From Bacillota bacterium (lineage in GTDB: Bacteria > Bacillota > Clostridia > Christensenellales > UBA1242), in the NCBI GenBank assembly GCA_009784555.1, contig WRBO01000007.1, positions 139 through 64,138 of the forward strand: 64,000 nucleotides of DNA, given 5' to 3'. The notes below the pieces were generated by a model. That model was given only the letters and a program-made list of their open reading frames with translations. It did no database searches and was not told where the DNA came from. Both the position numbers and the translations under genes were made by a program. Of the stretch, positions 43,376-52,554 are shown piece by piece. Each line of letters begins with the position of its first letter. Within the stretch, counting starts at the first letter, position 1.

Positions 43376-45772
43376 ATGGAAAAATATATCTATCAAATGG
43401 ACGAATGTCCAAAATCTTCCAAACATTTACTAGGCAGCAAAGGTAACAACTGTGCCGAAATGATTAAATTGGGAATCCCCGTGCCGCATGGTTTCATCAT
43501 CACAACCCGCGCCCATGCACACTACATGGAAACAGGGAAATTAAGCACAGAACTTAAAAAACAAATCCGCGAACAAATGGATGTGTTTGAAAAACGGGTC
43601 GGCAAAAAATTCGGTTGCGAAACTGCACCCCTCCTCGTATCCGTCCGCTCTGGTTCCGCCGTATCCATGCCGGGTATGATGGACACAATCCTGAATATCG
43701 GCATCACCCCTGGCGTGGAAAAAACCTTGGCCCGCCTGACCAACAACACTGAATTCGCGCGGGACGTCCACAAACGTTTCAAGGTGATGTACAAAAAAAC
43801 CGTAGGCACAACCGCCCCCGCCGAACCGTTTGACCAACTCCTGGGCGCGGTAGAAGCCGTGTTCAAATCATGGAACTGTCCGCGTGCACATACATACCGC
43901 TCGCTACACAACATACCCGAAGACCTGGGCACCGCCGTCACCGTCCAAATGATGGTGTTTGGAAACTTGGGAACCCGCAGCGGTACTGGCGTCGTCTTCA
44001 CCCGTAACCCATCAACGGGGGAACGGGAACTCTACGGCGAATACCTAAACTGTGCCCAAGGCGAGGACATCGTCGCTGGCACCCGCACCCCCGTACCCGT
44101 ATCCGAACTGAAAAAAATCGACAGCCACTCGTACGAATGTCTGGAACGAATTGCGCGCGAATTGGAACGCAATTACAAAGACATGCAAGACATCGAATTT
44201 ACGATAGAAGACGGCACCCTCTACATACTACAAACACGCAAGGGCCAACGTACCGCCTTTGCGGGTCTTAAAATCGCGGTCGACCTGGTCAACGACGGCA
44301 AACTAACAATCGAAGACGCCCTCCTGACCATCGACGCAAACATGCTGGGATGCCTGTTTCACCCAACATTCAAACGGGAGAGCTTGGCCACCGCAACTCC
44401 ATTGACCGCTGGGCTCGCCGCATCTCCTGGTGCCGCCTGTGGCCGTATCGCCCTAACATCACGTGTGGCAAAGGAATCCAAACACAAAACCATCCTCGTC
44501 CGCGAAGAAACCTGTGCGGATGATATAGAGGGTATGCACGCATCCGTCGGTATCCTAACCGCACGCGGGGGAATGACCTCCCACGCCGCCGTTGTCGCAC
44601 GCGGCATGGGCAAGCCCTGTGTTGCGGGATGCGCCACCGTATCGATAAACGACGCGGATAAAACATGTACAATCAACGGCCAGGTATTCGCGGAGGGTGA
44701 CGTAATCTCTCTCGATGGAACAACTGGTTTGGTTTACTGTGACGAAATTGAAACGCAACGGGCTCAACTTCCCGACGAATTTACAACGGTCATGAAATGG
44801 GCCGACGGTGTCCGCCGTATGCGCGTTCGTGCAAACGCCGACACACCCGAAGACGCGGCAAAATCCGTCGAACTGGGGGCCGAGGGCATCGGCCTCGTCC
44901 GCACCGAACACATGTTCTTTGACCCCGCACGCCTTGTCATCATGCGCGAAATGATTACCGCCCAAACCCGCACGGCACGTGTCGCGGCCCTTGACAAACT
45001 CCTGCCTATGCAACGCGCCGACTTTGTCGGCATATTCCGCGCAATGGACGGCCGCCCCGTAACCGTGCGCTTGGTCGACCCGCCCCTGCATGAATTTGCA
45101 CCCGACATCGAACACCTGCGCGAATTTAACCCAATGCTGGGCCACCGCGGCGTGCGCTTGCTTGTAACCTATCCCGAAATCGCCGCCATGCAAACACGCG
45201 CGGTAATAGAGGCCGCTATCGAAACGGGCGCAACCCCCGAAATAATGATACCCCTCGTCGTCGGGGCAAAGGAATTCAACCATGTCCGCGCAATGGTTCG
45301 CGAAACGGCCGACGCCGTAATAAAACAAAAGCGGGCCAAGACCAAATACCAAATCGGTACAATGATTGAAACCCCACGGGCATGTTTGTGCAGTGGCGAG
45401 ATTGCCAAACAGGCCGAGTTCTTCAGCTTCGGCACAAACGACCTAACACAAATGACATTCGGTTTTTCCCGCGATGACTCTGGTTCATTCCTCCCCGAAT
45501 ACTGTGAAAAGAAAATAATCGAAACCGACCCATTCGTGCGCCTGGATACCTCTGGCCTCGGCGAACTCCTGAAAATGTCCGTCACCCGCGGCCGCCAAAC
45601 CCGCCCCGACCTCAAAATAGGCATCTGCGGCGAACACGGGGGAGAGGTCTCCTCAATCAACTTCTTCAACGAAATCGGCCTCGACTACGTCTCCTGCTCA
45701 CCCTTCCGCATCCCAACCGCCCGCCTCGCGGCGGCCCAGGCCCACATCAACCACCGCAACAAATGCTGTTAA
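43376..45772 (+). CDS. ppdK: Pyruvate, phosphate dikinase
   Basis: Phospho-His motif GGMTSHAAVVARG and C-terminal PEP-utilizer motifs (FFSFGTNDLTQ, ICGEHGG). The ATG at 43376 has a GGAG SD; the track starts at 43364. Confidence 0.93.
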   Translation: MEKYIYQMDECPKSSKHLLGSKGNNCAEMIKLGIPVPHGFIITTRAHAHYMETGKLSTELKKQIREQMDVFEKRVGKKFGCETAPLLVSVRSGSAVSMPGMMDTILNIGITPGVEKTLARLTNNTEFARDVHKRFKVMYKKTVGTTAPAEPFDQLLGAVEAVFKSWNCPRAHTYRSLHNIPEDLGTAVTVQMMVFGNLGTRSGTGVVFTRNPSTGERELYGEYLNCAQGEDIVAGTRTPVPVSELKKIDSHSYECLERIARELERNYKDMQDIEFTIEDGTLYILQTRKGQRTAFAGLKIAVDLVNDGKLTIEDALLTIDANMLGCLFHPTFKRESLATATPLTAGLAASPGAACGRIALTSRVAKESKHKTILVREETCADDIEGMHASVGILTARGGMTSHAAVVARGMGKPCVAGCATVSINDADKTCTINGQVFAEGDVISLDGTTGLVYCDEIETQRAQLPDEFTTVMKWADGVRRMRVRANADTPEDAAKSVELGAEGIGLVRTEHMFFDPARLVIMREMITAQTRTARVAALDKLLPMQRADFVGIFRAMDGRPVTVRLVDPPLHEFAPDIEHLREFNPMLGHRGVRLLVTYPEIAAMQTRAVIEAAIETGATPEIMIPLVVGAKEFNHVRAMVRETADAVIKQKRAKTKYQIGTMIETPRACLCSGEIAKQAEFFSFGTNDLTQMTFGFSRDDSGSFLPEYCEKKIIETDPFVRLDTSGLGELLKMSVTRGRQTRPDLKIGICGEHGGEVSSINFFNEIGLDYVSCSPFRIPTARLAAAQAHINHRNKCC

Positions 45773-45806
45773 CAACTCAAAGCTTTTCAATGATTCTGCA
45801 GATATA

Positions 45807-46799
45807 TTAATGTACGCTTCGGTATGTTCCTTTAGATATTTCTATTTCTAGTTTTTCTGGTGGGATTCCGTGCTTGATGCAAAGTTGCATTATGTCTTCT
45901 CGTTTTAAAAAAGCACTTGGGCCTATAACTATCTTTCTGATAAACCCTTTATCTATCAACTTGGAAAAATCAAACTCCTTGTAGTAAACGACCCTATCAT
46001 TTTTTGACTCTACTACTATCTCTGGACTTTCATCAAAGTCGTAATCGAATTTGTCGTTCATTCCGCGAATTTTCCAACTCCCTTTATCGTCTTTAGTGTA
46101 ATAAGTGGTCTTGCTGTATTTTTTATTCACAATCAAGCGCCACTCTTTTTCTTCTTTGAAGAAATCGTTCTTATAAAAAATGAATTCAGTCATTGCTGTA
46201 TGTAGAAAAGACCAGATAAACATTTGAGCTAAGCGCTCAATTGTAGGGCTACCGTCGTCATCTTTATATTTTTCCATAGAGCTTTTAATATGGTCTAGAC
46301 AATTATTTAACCATTTGGTAATTTCACTACTTGCAATTTTTTCTTCTGCATTTATATACGTAATACTGTTTAATTTATAAGGTTTGAAATCAAAACATGG
46401 GTCACATTCTTTCTCTAGTAAGTTAAAATCAAAACCAATAGCCACTCCGCGTCCATCGTTTCCGTATGCTCTCCATTGGCTTAATAAATCATCTTCTTCG
46501 GAAAAACAGGCACAGAATATTACGCCATCTTCTGGTCGTTCGGACATATAGCTAAAAGCCTTTTTAGCTATTGTCTCAAAGTTCAGGGTTTTTCCACTTT
46601 TGCCTTTTATTGTAAAAGGATTTTCTTTGTATAGTTTGACTAATTCTGTAAGAACATTTGGATAGGCCCACCTAACCTCCATGAAGTCATTGAAGGAATT
46701 ATGGTCGCTTAGCCTTATCTTTTTCTTCTCTAGGATTTTTTCAAAAACTTCAAGTGAACGATATTGATAAATTATTTTGCTATCTTCTGTCTGTCGCAC
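45807..46799 (-). CDS. DUF2971-family protein on a low-GC single-gene island
   Basis: LLSQWRAYGNDGRGVAIGF resembles the DUF2971 core. GTG start with an AAAGGAGA SD. Sampled 60-nt lines give 22-40% GC, against more than 55% in the flanking ppdK. Confidence 0.6.
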   Translation of the reverse strand: MRQTEDSKIIYQYRSLEVFEKILEKKKIRLSDHNSFNDFMEVRWAYPNVLTELVKLYKENPFTIKGKSGKTLNFETIAKKAFSYMSERPEDGVIFCACFSEEDDLLSQWRAYGNDGRGVAIGFDFNLLEKECDPCFDFKPYKLNSITYINAEEKIASSEITKWLNNCLDHIKSSMEKYKDDDGSPTIERLAQMFIWSFLHTAMTEFIFYKNDFFKEEKEWRLIVNKKYSKTTYYTKDDKGSWKIRGMNDKFDYDFDESPEIVVESKNDRVVYYKEFDFSKLIDKGFIRKIVIGPSAFLKREDIMQLCIKHGIPPEKLEIEISKGTYRSVH

Positions 46800-46877
46800 A
46801 AAATTTCTCCTTTAGTGATTATATCATAAATTAAATCTTAACCGCACCAAAACCCTAGGTCAGTCATATAAATCCCC

Positions 46878-47897
46878 ATGGCAACAATAGTACTCGACGC
46901 TGGTCACGGCGGACATGACCCTGGGGCGACACTGGGCACACGACGGGAATCGGACGACGCACTGCGTATGGTCTTGGCGGTGGGGCGCATCCTTGAAAAC
47001 TGCGGCCACCGCGTAGTCTACACACGGCGGACGGACGTGTTTATCCCGCTGTCCGAACGCGCCCGTATTTCAAACAACGCGGGCGCAAATATCTTCGTAT
47101 CCATCCACAGAAACGGCAGCACCAATTCGGCGGCCGAGGGCACCGACAACTTTGTCCGTGTCGCGGCCACACAACGCGAGGTCGACTTTGCAACCCGCGT
47201 CCTTAACCGTGTCCTGGCACTAAACGTGTTTCGTAACCGCGGCATCCAACGCGCGAACTTCACCGTCCTTACACAAACCAATGCACCCGCACAATTGCTG
47301 GAACTCGGCTTTATAACCAACCCCCTCGACAACGCACGCTTCGATGCAAATTTCGACAGGATTGCCACGGCCGTGGCAACGGGCATCATGGACAACGTCG
47401 GCCCATGTCGCGGAACACCAACAACGCCGCCGCCCGTAGTAACACCACCACCCGTAACCCCGCCGCCCCCACCCCCAACAACGGACGACAGGGCGGTCAT
47501 CCGACAAATCCAAACCCGCCTTAACCAACAATTTGGTCAACATCTGGCGGTCGACGGAATCGCGGGGCCACTAACTCGCCGCGCCCTCACACGCGCCCTG
47601 CAAATGGTACTAAACACGGAATTCGCCTGCCGCCCCCTCCTCGCCGTCGACGGCATCTTCGGCCCCCTAACACGCGGCTGTGTTCCTCTGGTGCGTGCGG
47701 GGATGCGCGGCAACATCGTCTGGGTACTGCAATCGGCCATGTTCATCCACGGCTTCCGCACAAACCCCGACGGCATCTTCGGCCCGCTGACAAATCAAAC
47801 GGTACGCAACTTTCAATCATCACGCGGCCTTGGCATCGACGGCATAGCCGGCCCAATCACATTTACCGAACTGTTTCGCTCTCCGCCTTTTCCATAA
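46878..47897 (+). CDS. N-acetylmuramoyl-L-alanine amidase (Amidase_3) with two C-terminal peptidoglycan-binding repeats
   Basis: LDAGHGGHDPGA and SIHRNG motifs, a Pro-rich linker, and two VDGIxGPLT PG_binding_1-like repeats. Confidence 0.9.
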   Translation: MATIVLDAGHGGHDPGATLGTRRESDDALRMVLAVGRILENCGHRVVYTRRTDVFIPLSERARISNNAGANIFVSIHRNGSTNSAAEGTDNFVRVAATQREVDFATRVLNRVLALNVFRNRGIQRANFTVLTQTNAPAQLLELGFITNPLDNARFDANFDRIATAVATGIMDNVGPCRGTPTTPPPVVTPPPVTPPPPPPTTDDRAVIRQIQTRLNQQFGQHLAVDGIAGPLTRRALTRALQMVLNTEFACRPLLAVDGIFGPLTRGCVPLVRAGMRGNIVWVLQSAMFIHGFRTNPDGIFGPLTNQTVRNFQSSRGLGIDGIAGPITFTELFRSPPFP

Positions 47898-48672
47898 CGG
47901 GCAACTCCCGCCGCATTAATTCCTTCACCCCTATATCCTGATGCAAATACCTGCGACCCTCTGGCGTAACACGCCCAAAATGAATCGCACGCGCGGGGCA
48001 CAACTGCATACACGCCTGACAATGGTCACACTTCTTCGGCATAACTTTCGGCTTTCTCTCGACCATATCAATGGCAAGTGGGGGACAGACCCGATAACAA
48101 ACACCGCACCCATTGCACGCATCGGTAAACTTATACCGCCGTGCAAAGACCCGTGACGCCCTGCGAAAGACAAACCGAACAAACGCCGACTCTGGACGGA
48201 ACGGGAACCTCCTGTTCCGTTTTCCATCGCGTATATTCTTGGCAACCGCATACGTCTTCTCACGTTGCCTCTCACAAATAACTTTTAACCTCTCCTCGGG
48301 CGGCAGCCTAAACATATGCACATAATTCTCAACCGCCTTGATGCCCCAACTATAACGCACACGTCCGCCACGCCGTCTAACCATGCGTATGGCCTCGGCT
48401 ATCGCGCCACCATGCTTTGACCCAATGGTGGACAACACTATTATGTCTGTCTCGCGACTAAACCGACTGGCCCGCAAAAACCTCTTAACCAACATGGGCA
48501 ATCCATACCCATAAACGGGAAAGATAATTATACACATCTCGCCCTCAACCTGCGGTGCACTCTCAACTAACTCCGCCGTAATATGCACAATCGCGGCCCC
48601 AAACTCCTCGGCCAAAATCTTCGCACTGGCCAAACTATTCCCCGTACCACTATAACAAAAAATCTTCCTCAC
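47863..48672 (-). CDS. EFR1-family ferredoxin (flavodoxin-like domain plus 2x[4Fe-4S])
   Basis: IFCYSGTGNS N-terminus; CNGCGVCYRVCP and CDHCQACMQLCP cluster motifs. Confidence 0.8.
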   Translation of the reverse strand: MRKIFCYSGTGNSLASAKILAEEFGAAIVHITAELVESAPQVEGEMCIIIFPVYGYGLPMLVKRFLRASRFSRETDIIVLSTIGSKHGGAIAEAIRMVRRRGGRVRYSWGIKAVENYVHMFRLPPEERLKVICERQREKTYAVAKNIRDGKRNRRFPFRPESAFVRFVFRRASRVFARRYKFTDACNGCGVCYRVCPPLAIDMVERKPKVMPKKCDHCQACMQLCPARAIHFGRVTPEGRRYLHQDIGVKELMRRELPVMEKAESETVR

Positions 48673-49613
48673 CCGTTCGCCCCCTCCGCAACCATATCAA
48701 TCAAACTCTCGCGCAATGGCCGCGGGTCAAAACCCAACTCACTCCGCGCCTTCTCATTGGAAAAATTGTTGGCGGCCCCCAGGGCATGCAACGAATACCG
48801 ACTATACGACGGCTCCTGCTTTTTAATCCTCGCTCCAATGGCCACAAATGGCAACCCCGCCCGCACGGTCCAAAGCGGCAACTTCATCTTCACCCGCTTG
48901 CCAACCCCCAACTCATGCAACATGTCCAAGACATCTTTGATGGGGTAATACGACCCCGACAATATATAACTCTCTCCGCGCCTCCCAACTTCCGCGACTC
49001 GGATAATCCCCGCCGCAACATCACGCACATCAACAAAATCAAAGCCACCGCTTGTAACGGCTGGAATGCGCCCCTCTTGATAATCCGCAATCAATTGCGT
49101 CAAATACGTGCCCGATAAATCACCCGGCCCCGCAATCGCGGATGGATGAACAATCACGGCATCCAAGCTATCGGTAAACACCGCATCAACGACCAACTGA
49201 CTGGCCCTCGCCATGGACTTTGCATAATGCCCGACAACCTTCTTCGGATTAAACTCCTCAACCTCCGCAATGACTCCGCGCCGCGGCACCTCTGGGATGG
49301 CATGAACCGAACTAACATACACCAATCGCGCCCGATGCTTTACACAGGCCGCAATAACCGCTCGGGTACCCTCGACGTTCACCTCCTGCATCTTCGCAAC
49401 CCGCTCTTTGTCATTTCCCAAATACACAACCGATTCCGCATGAACAACTACATACTCAACCTTCTTGCTACCATGCACCGCAAACAACTTGGCCAAATCA
49501 TCGCCATTCAAACCGCCTGACACAACCACCGTTTCCTTGCGCGACTTCAACGCCCGCACAACATTACTCCCAACAAACCCGTCCCCGCCAATAACAACAT
49601 AAACCTTTTTCAT
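48669..49613 (-). CDS. NAD-dependent epimerase/dehydratase (SDR-e)
   Basis: VIGGDGFVGSNV Rossmann motif directly after MKKVYV, and YAKSMARA (YxxxK). The longer track start at 49673 lacks support. Confidence 0.85.
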   Translation of the reverse strand: MKKVYVVIGGDGFVGSNVVRALKSRKETVVVSGGLNGDDLAKLFAVHGSKKVEYVVVHAESVVYLGNDKERVAKMQEVNVEGTRAVIAACVKHRARLVYVSSVHAIPEVPRRGVIAEVEEFNPKKVVGHYAKSMARASQLVVDAVFTDSLDAVIVHPSAIAGPGDLSGTYLTQLIADYQEGRIPAVTSGGFDFVDVRDVAAGIIRVAEVGRRGESYILSGSYYPIKDVLDMLHELGVGKRVKMKLPLWTVRAGLPFVAIGARIKKQEPSYSRYSLHALGAANNFSNEKARSELGFDPRPLRESLIDMVAEGANG

Positions 49614-49892
49614 AATGTAAGCCATAATACCACAAAATCTGTCAGTCCACCCCTTGACCCCCAAAATTCCCATGTTACCCTAAACTACAAAGGAGGGTAG
49701 TATACATCTAAATGAAGAAAAGCAAACCTCTATACTTTAGTGCGCAAGGGGGTTTGGGGGCACTCGCTTTGCCCCCAATCGTTTTTGGTTCTTTTGGCGA
49801 CCCAAAAGAACAACCGCCTGTTAAGGCAAGGCTAGTTTTCCCTGCAAGGAGGCCCCCATATTTGTGGACGGTTACGCTCATAGTTTCATCAA

Positions 49893-50022
49893 ACCACGGA
49901 CCACGTGTTATCGCGAAGCACAAGGTTCCCGAAGGGGTTCTTATAAATGTGAACATAGTTCACGGATTAATGGAAACCCCCCCCAACAGAAAAATAAAAA
50001 GTAAAAACCCCCCCCAGGCCTA
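49893..50022. repeat. Composite repeat locus: module B (inverted) abutting the twin poly-C module
   Basis: 49903..49973 is the reverse complement of module B. C8 at 49977..49984 and C8 at 50008..50015 are separated by AACAGAAAAATAAAAAGTAAAAA, then AGGCCTACGGCTTCGGG (compare 1929..1945). Confidence 0.8.
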
Positions 50023-50049
50023 CGGCTTCGGGTCATCGGAAAAAACCAG

Positions 50050-50078
50050 TTGACAAATGATAATCATTCTCATATAAT
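50050..50078 (+). promoter_or_regulatory. Consensus sigma-A promoter with an embedded Fur box (7-1-7)
   Basis: TTGACA at 50050..50055, 17-nt spacer, TATAAT at 50073..50078. TGATAATCATTCTCA at 50058..50072 matches the B. subtilis-type Fur box TGATAATnATTATCA at 14 of 15 positions. Confidence 0.75.
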
Positions 50079-50114
50079 ACAAAATATCAACAAGTTAAAA
50101 GGAGCAAAGGTAAG

Positions 50115-50486
50115 TTGAAACGGAACACGGTACAACGACAAATCATCCTCGATGCAATAACCCAACTCGGCAATCATCCAACGGCCGAGATGGTCTATTC
50201 CCATGTCGTAAAGCGTCACCCAAGCATAGGCCGTGCTACGGTCTACCGCAACCTGTCCACCGCGGCCTCCGATGGCGAAATCCTCTCTGTCGGTGTCTTG
50301 GACGGGGCAATGCGCTTTGACCACAACAATCACGCACATTCCCACTTTGTGTGTGACGGCTGTGCGCGGATTATCGATGTGCCCGTCCCGTGCCTCAACG
50401 AACACTTTGCATCTCTAACCGACATTGATATAACTCGGGCGGAACTCACTCTGCGCGGCCTTTGCAAAAACTGCCGCACCGCATGA
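50115..50486 (+). CDS. fur: Fur-family metalloregulator (Fur/Zur/PerR not resolved)
   Basis: TVQRQIILDAI..HPTAEMVY..ATVYRNL winged helix, CDGC...CKNC structural zinc site, and a TTG start with an AAAGGAG SD. Confidence 0.88.
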   Translation: MKRNTVQRQIILDAITQLGNHPTAEMVYSHVVKRHPSIGRATVYRNLSTAASDGEILSVGVLDGAMRFDHNNHAHSHFVCDGCARIIDVPVPCLNEHFASLTDIDITRAELTLRGLCKNCRTA

Positions 50487-50524
50487 CACCCACCCAAAAA
50501 GAAAAAAAAGGAGAAACAACAATC

Positions 50525-51019
50525 ATGGCAAAAAACAAAGCACGCTCAATAATGACGGTGGACTTCCAATACGCTCACCGTTTCATGAACTGGGAACGCG
50601 AGGCAAAACACCTCCACGGACACAGTGGCCTCTTAACGATAGAGCTCGAGGACACCGTAGACGAAAAAACCGGATTCGCATTCCCATGTAAAGAGGCCCA
50701 AAAAATCGCCTGGGCCGAGGCCGTGGACAACTTCCACCACGCGACATTGTTCCAAGAGGGCGACCCGCTCCTCGAGACAGTTCTCGCAACATACAAGGCA
50801 AACGGCATCGTCAACGACCCAAAACACTGTGTGCCCCTGAAAAAACTGGACCACCCACTGGTATGGTCGTACCCTGAATACCGCATCGTCGTAACCAAAA
50901 AGGTCTCGACCTGTGAAAATATGTGTGAAATCTTCCACGCATTGTTAAAGGACAAAATGCCAATCAAAAAAATCACATTCCGCTCATCGGCAATGAACGC
51001 AGCAACAATGGAATTCTAA
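50525..51019 (+). CDS. 6-pyruvoyl-tetrahydropterin synthase / QueD-fold family protein
   Basis: FQYAHRF...HLHGHSG matches the PTPS-fold zinc-binding His motif. AAAGGAG SD before the ATG at 50525. The catalytic Cys position is not evident. Confidence 0.6.
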   Translation: MAKNKARSIMTVDFQYAHRFMNWEREAKHLHGHSGLLTIELEDTVDEKTGFAFPCKEAQKIAWAEAVDNFHHATLFQEGDPLLETVLATYKANGIVNDPKHCVPLKKLDHPLVWSYPEYRIVVTKKVSTCENMCEIFHALLKDKMPIKKITFRSSAMNAATMEF

Positions 51020-51122
51020 ACTCTCAACCGCTTGCGATTACAAACCAAAGATGATAAAATATGGGTGTCACGGGAAACCGCGGCACCCATTTGGGGCTAT
51101 ATCGAAAGGTATACCTCACTTC

Positions 51123-51198
51123 GGGGCTATGGCGCAGTTGGTAGCGCGTTTGAATGGCATTCAAAAGGCCACCGGTTCGAATCCGGTTAGCTCCACCA
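51123..51198 (+). tRNA. tRNA-Ala (GGC), CCA encoded
   Basis: Folded by hand: acceptor GGGGCTA/TAGCTCC with the G3:U70 identity pair, anticodon loop ATGGCAT, T-loop TTCGAAT. Confidence 0.93.
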
Positions 51199-51276
51199 CA
51201 ACACAAATGAAACACTTCTTGACAATGACAAGAGACAGGAGTACCATACTCCCATTCAAAATCAAGGAGGTGTTTT

Positions 51277-52554
51277 ATGGATGAATTCGCAACAAGCAAA
51301 CTAACACATCTGGCATTGGAATCCGTCGACAAACGCGTCCTTCGGCAGGCCAATATCGACTTCCTGCAAACCCTTTCACGGGAACAACTAATCGCCGAAC
51401 TCGTCGAAAAAGCCCAAATCGAAGATTACCTAGAGGACAGGCTAAACCTCGCAACCGAAAAACTAAATGACGAACGTCACAATCCTACCAGCGGCTTGCC
51501 AACAAGAAGAATGCTAAATAAATTCCTGGAAAACGGCCCAGGCCAAGGCAGCATCTCCCTAGTCCAAATCGATATAAACAACCTGAAACCTGTCAACGAT
51601 ATGTACAAACACGTTGCGGGGGACATGCTAATCAAATCTCTCGCCGACTCTATCGTCCTGACCGAATTGGTTCGCGACGGCCTGGTCACTCTAAACGACA
51701 ACCTTGAAATAACCGCAATGGCGGCACCGATGGACGAATTGCGACAACGCGCAATCGCGGGCTCGTTGCTTTTTCACCCCAGTGGCGATGAATTTGTGGT
51801 CGCCAACAAATACCCACCAAGGGACAGTCGGACCAGTCAATCCGACTACATCCGCGAAATCAAAGACCACGAGTACGAACTCCTGCATCTCTGCCAAAAA
51901 CTCTTTGAACGCGACTGGGAACGGGTATCTGCCGAACACGGCTACCAAACCCCACCCGCCAGCTTCTCTTTCGGCGTCTGCAACACGGCCGAACGCATCG
52001 TCGCGGGAAAGGACATGCAAACGGTACTAAACGTCGCCGACTCGCGCTCACTCATTCACAAAGGCTGGTCAAAACTGCGCACGAATAACCCTGTCCCAAC
52101 ATCACGGACGGAACGGGCCGCCATGCGCGCGGATTACGCGGGATGGGGATTCGGCGAACTGGAACGAATGGACGACTTTGGCCAATTCACCCAATACATG
52201 GAATCGGTCGAAATCGAGAGCGAGAAAATACGAAACGCTCACGGCGACATCAACGAATCCGACACCATCTATGATTTCATAGACAAGAACAGAATAGTCA
52301 GCGACCGCCCATACTTCAAATTCGCATCCGCTGACGAAATTGCCAAAATCATATACAACCTTGGCGAAGATGAAACACCCGCCGTGGCTATCGAAGCCTA
52401 TCTCGACAGTGAACCTCGTAAAAGCCTCTCACGTGCGGACGCCGACATGTTGGAATCGAACGGTATCAAGGTAGGGGATAAATACGTCTCACACTATGAA
52501 CACTATCGCTCTAACAAACTCAACCTGGACGAGAGCGCTAACTCAATCGGGTAA
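51277..52554 (+). CDS. GGDEF-domain protein (SGDEF variant) with an N-terminal coiled coil and a C-terminal extension
   Basis: SGLPTRRML, IDINNLKPVNDMYKHVAGDMLIK, HPSGDEFVV, SFSFGV and VADSRSLIHKG are colinear with the diguanylate-cyclase palm domain. AAGGAGG SD. Confidence 0.75.
   Translation: MDEFATSKLTHLALESVDKRVLRQANIDFLQTLSREQLIAELVEKAQIEDYLEDRLNLATEKLNDERHNPTSGLPTRRMLNKFLENGPGQGSISLVQIDINNLKPVNDMYKHVAGDMLIKSLADSIVLTELVRDGLVTLNDNLEITAMAAPMDELRQRAIAGSLLFHPSGDEFVVANKYPPRDSRTSQSDYIREIKDHEYELLHLCQKLFERDWERVSAEHGYQTPPASFSFGVCNTAERIVAGKDMQTVLNVADSRSLIHKGWSKLRTNNPVPTSRTERAAMRADYAGWGFGELERMDDFGQFTQYMESVEIESEKIRNAHGDINESDTIYDFIDKNRIVSDRPYFKFASADEIAKIIYNLGEDETPAVAIEAYLDSEPRKSLSRADADMLESNGIKVGDKYVSHYEHYRSNKLNLDESANSIG

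Noticed and set aside
44555-45352. 265-aa minus-strand ORF inside ppdK
   Set aside because: It is antisense to the PPDK frame, which carries the phospho-His and PEP-utilizer motifs.
49708-50053. 82-aa (minus) and 113-aa (plus) ORFs in the epimerase/fur spacer
   Set aside because: They are built from repeat modules A and B, have no SD and have implausible composition. They are treated as non-coding.
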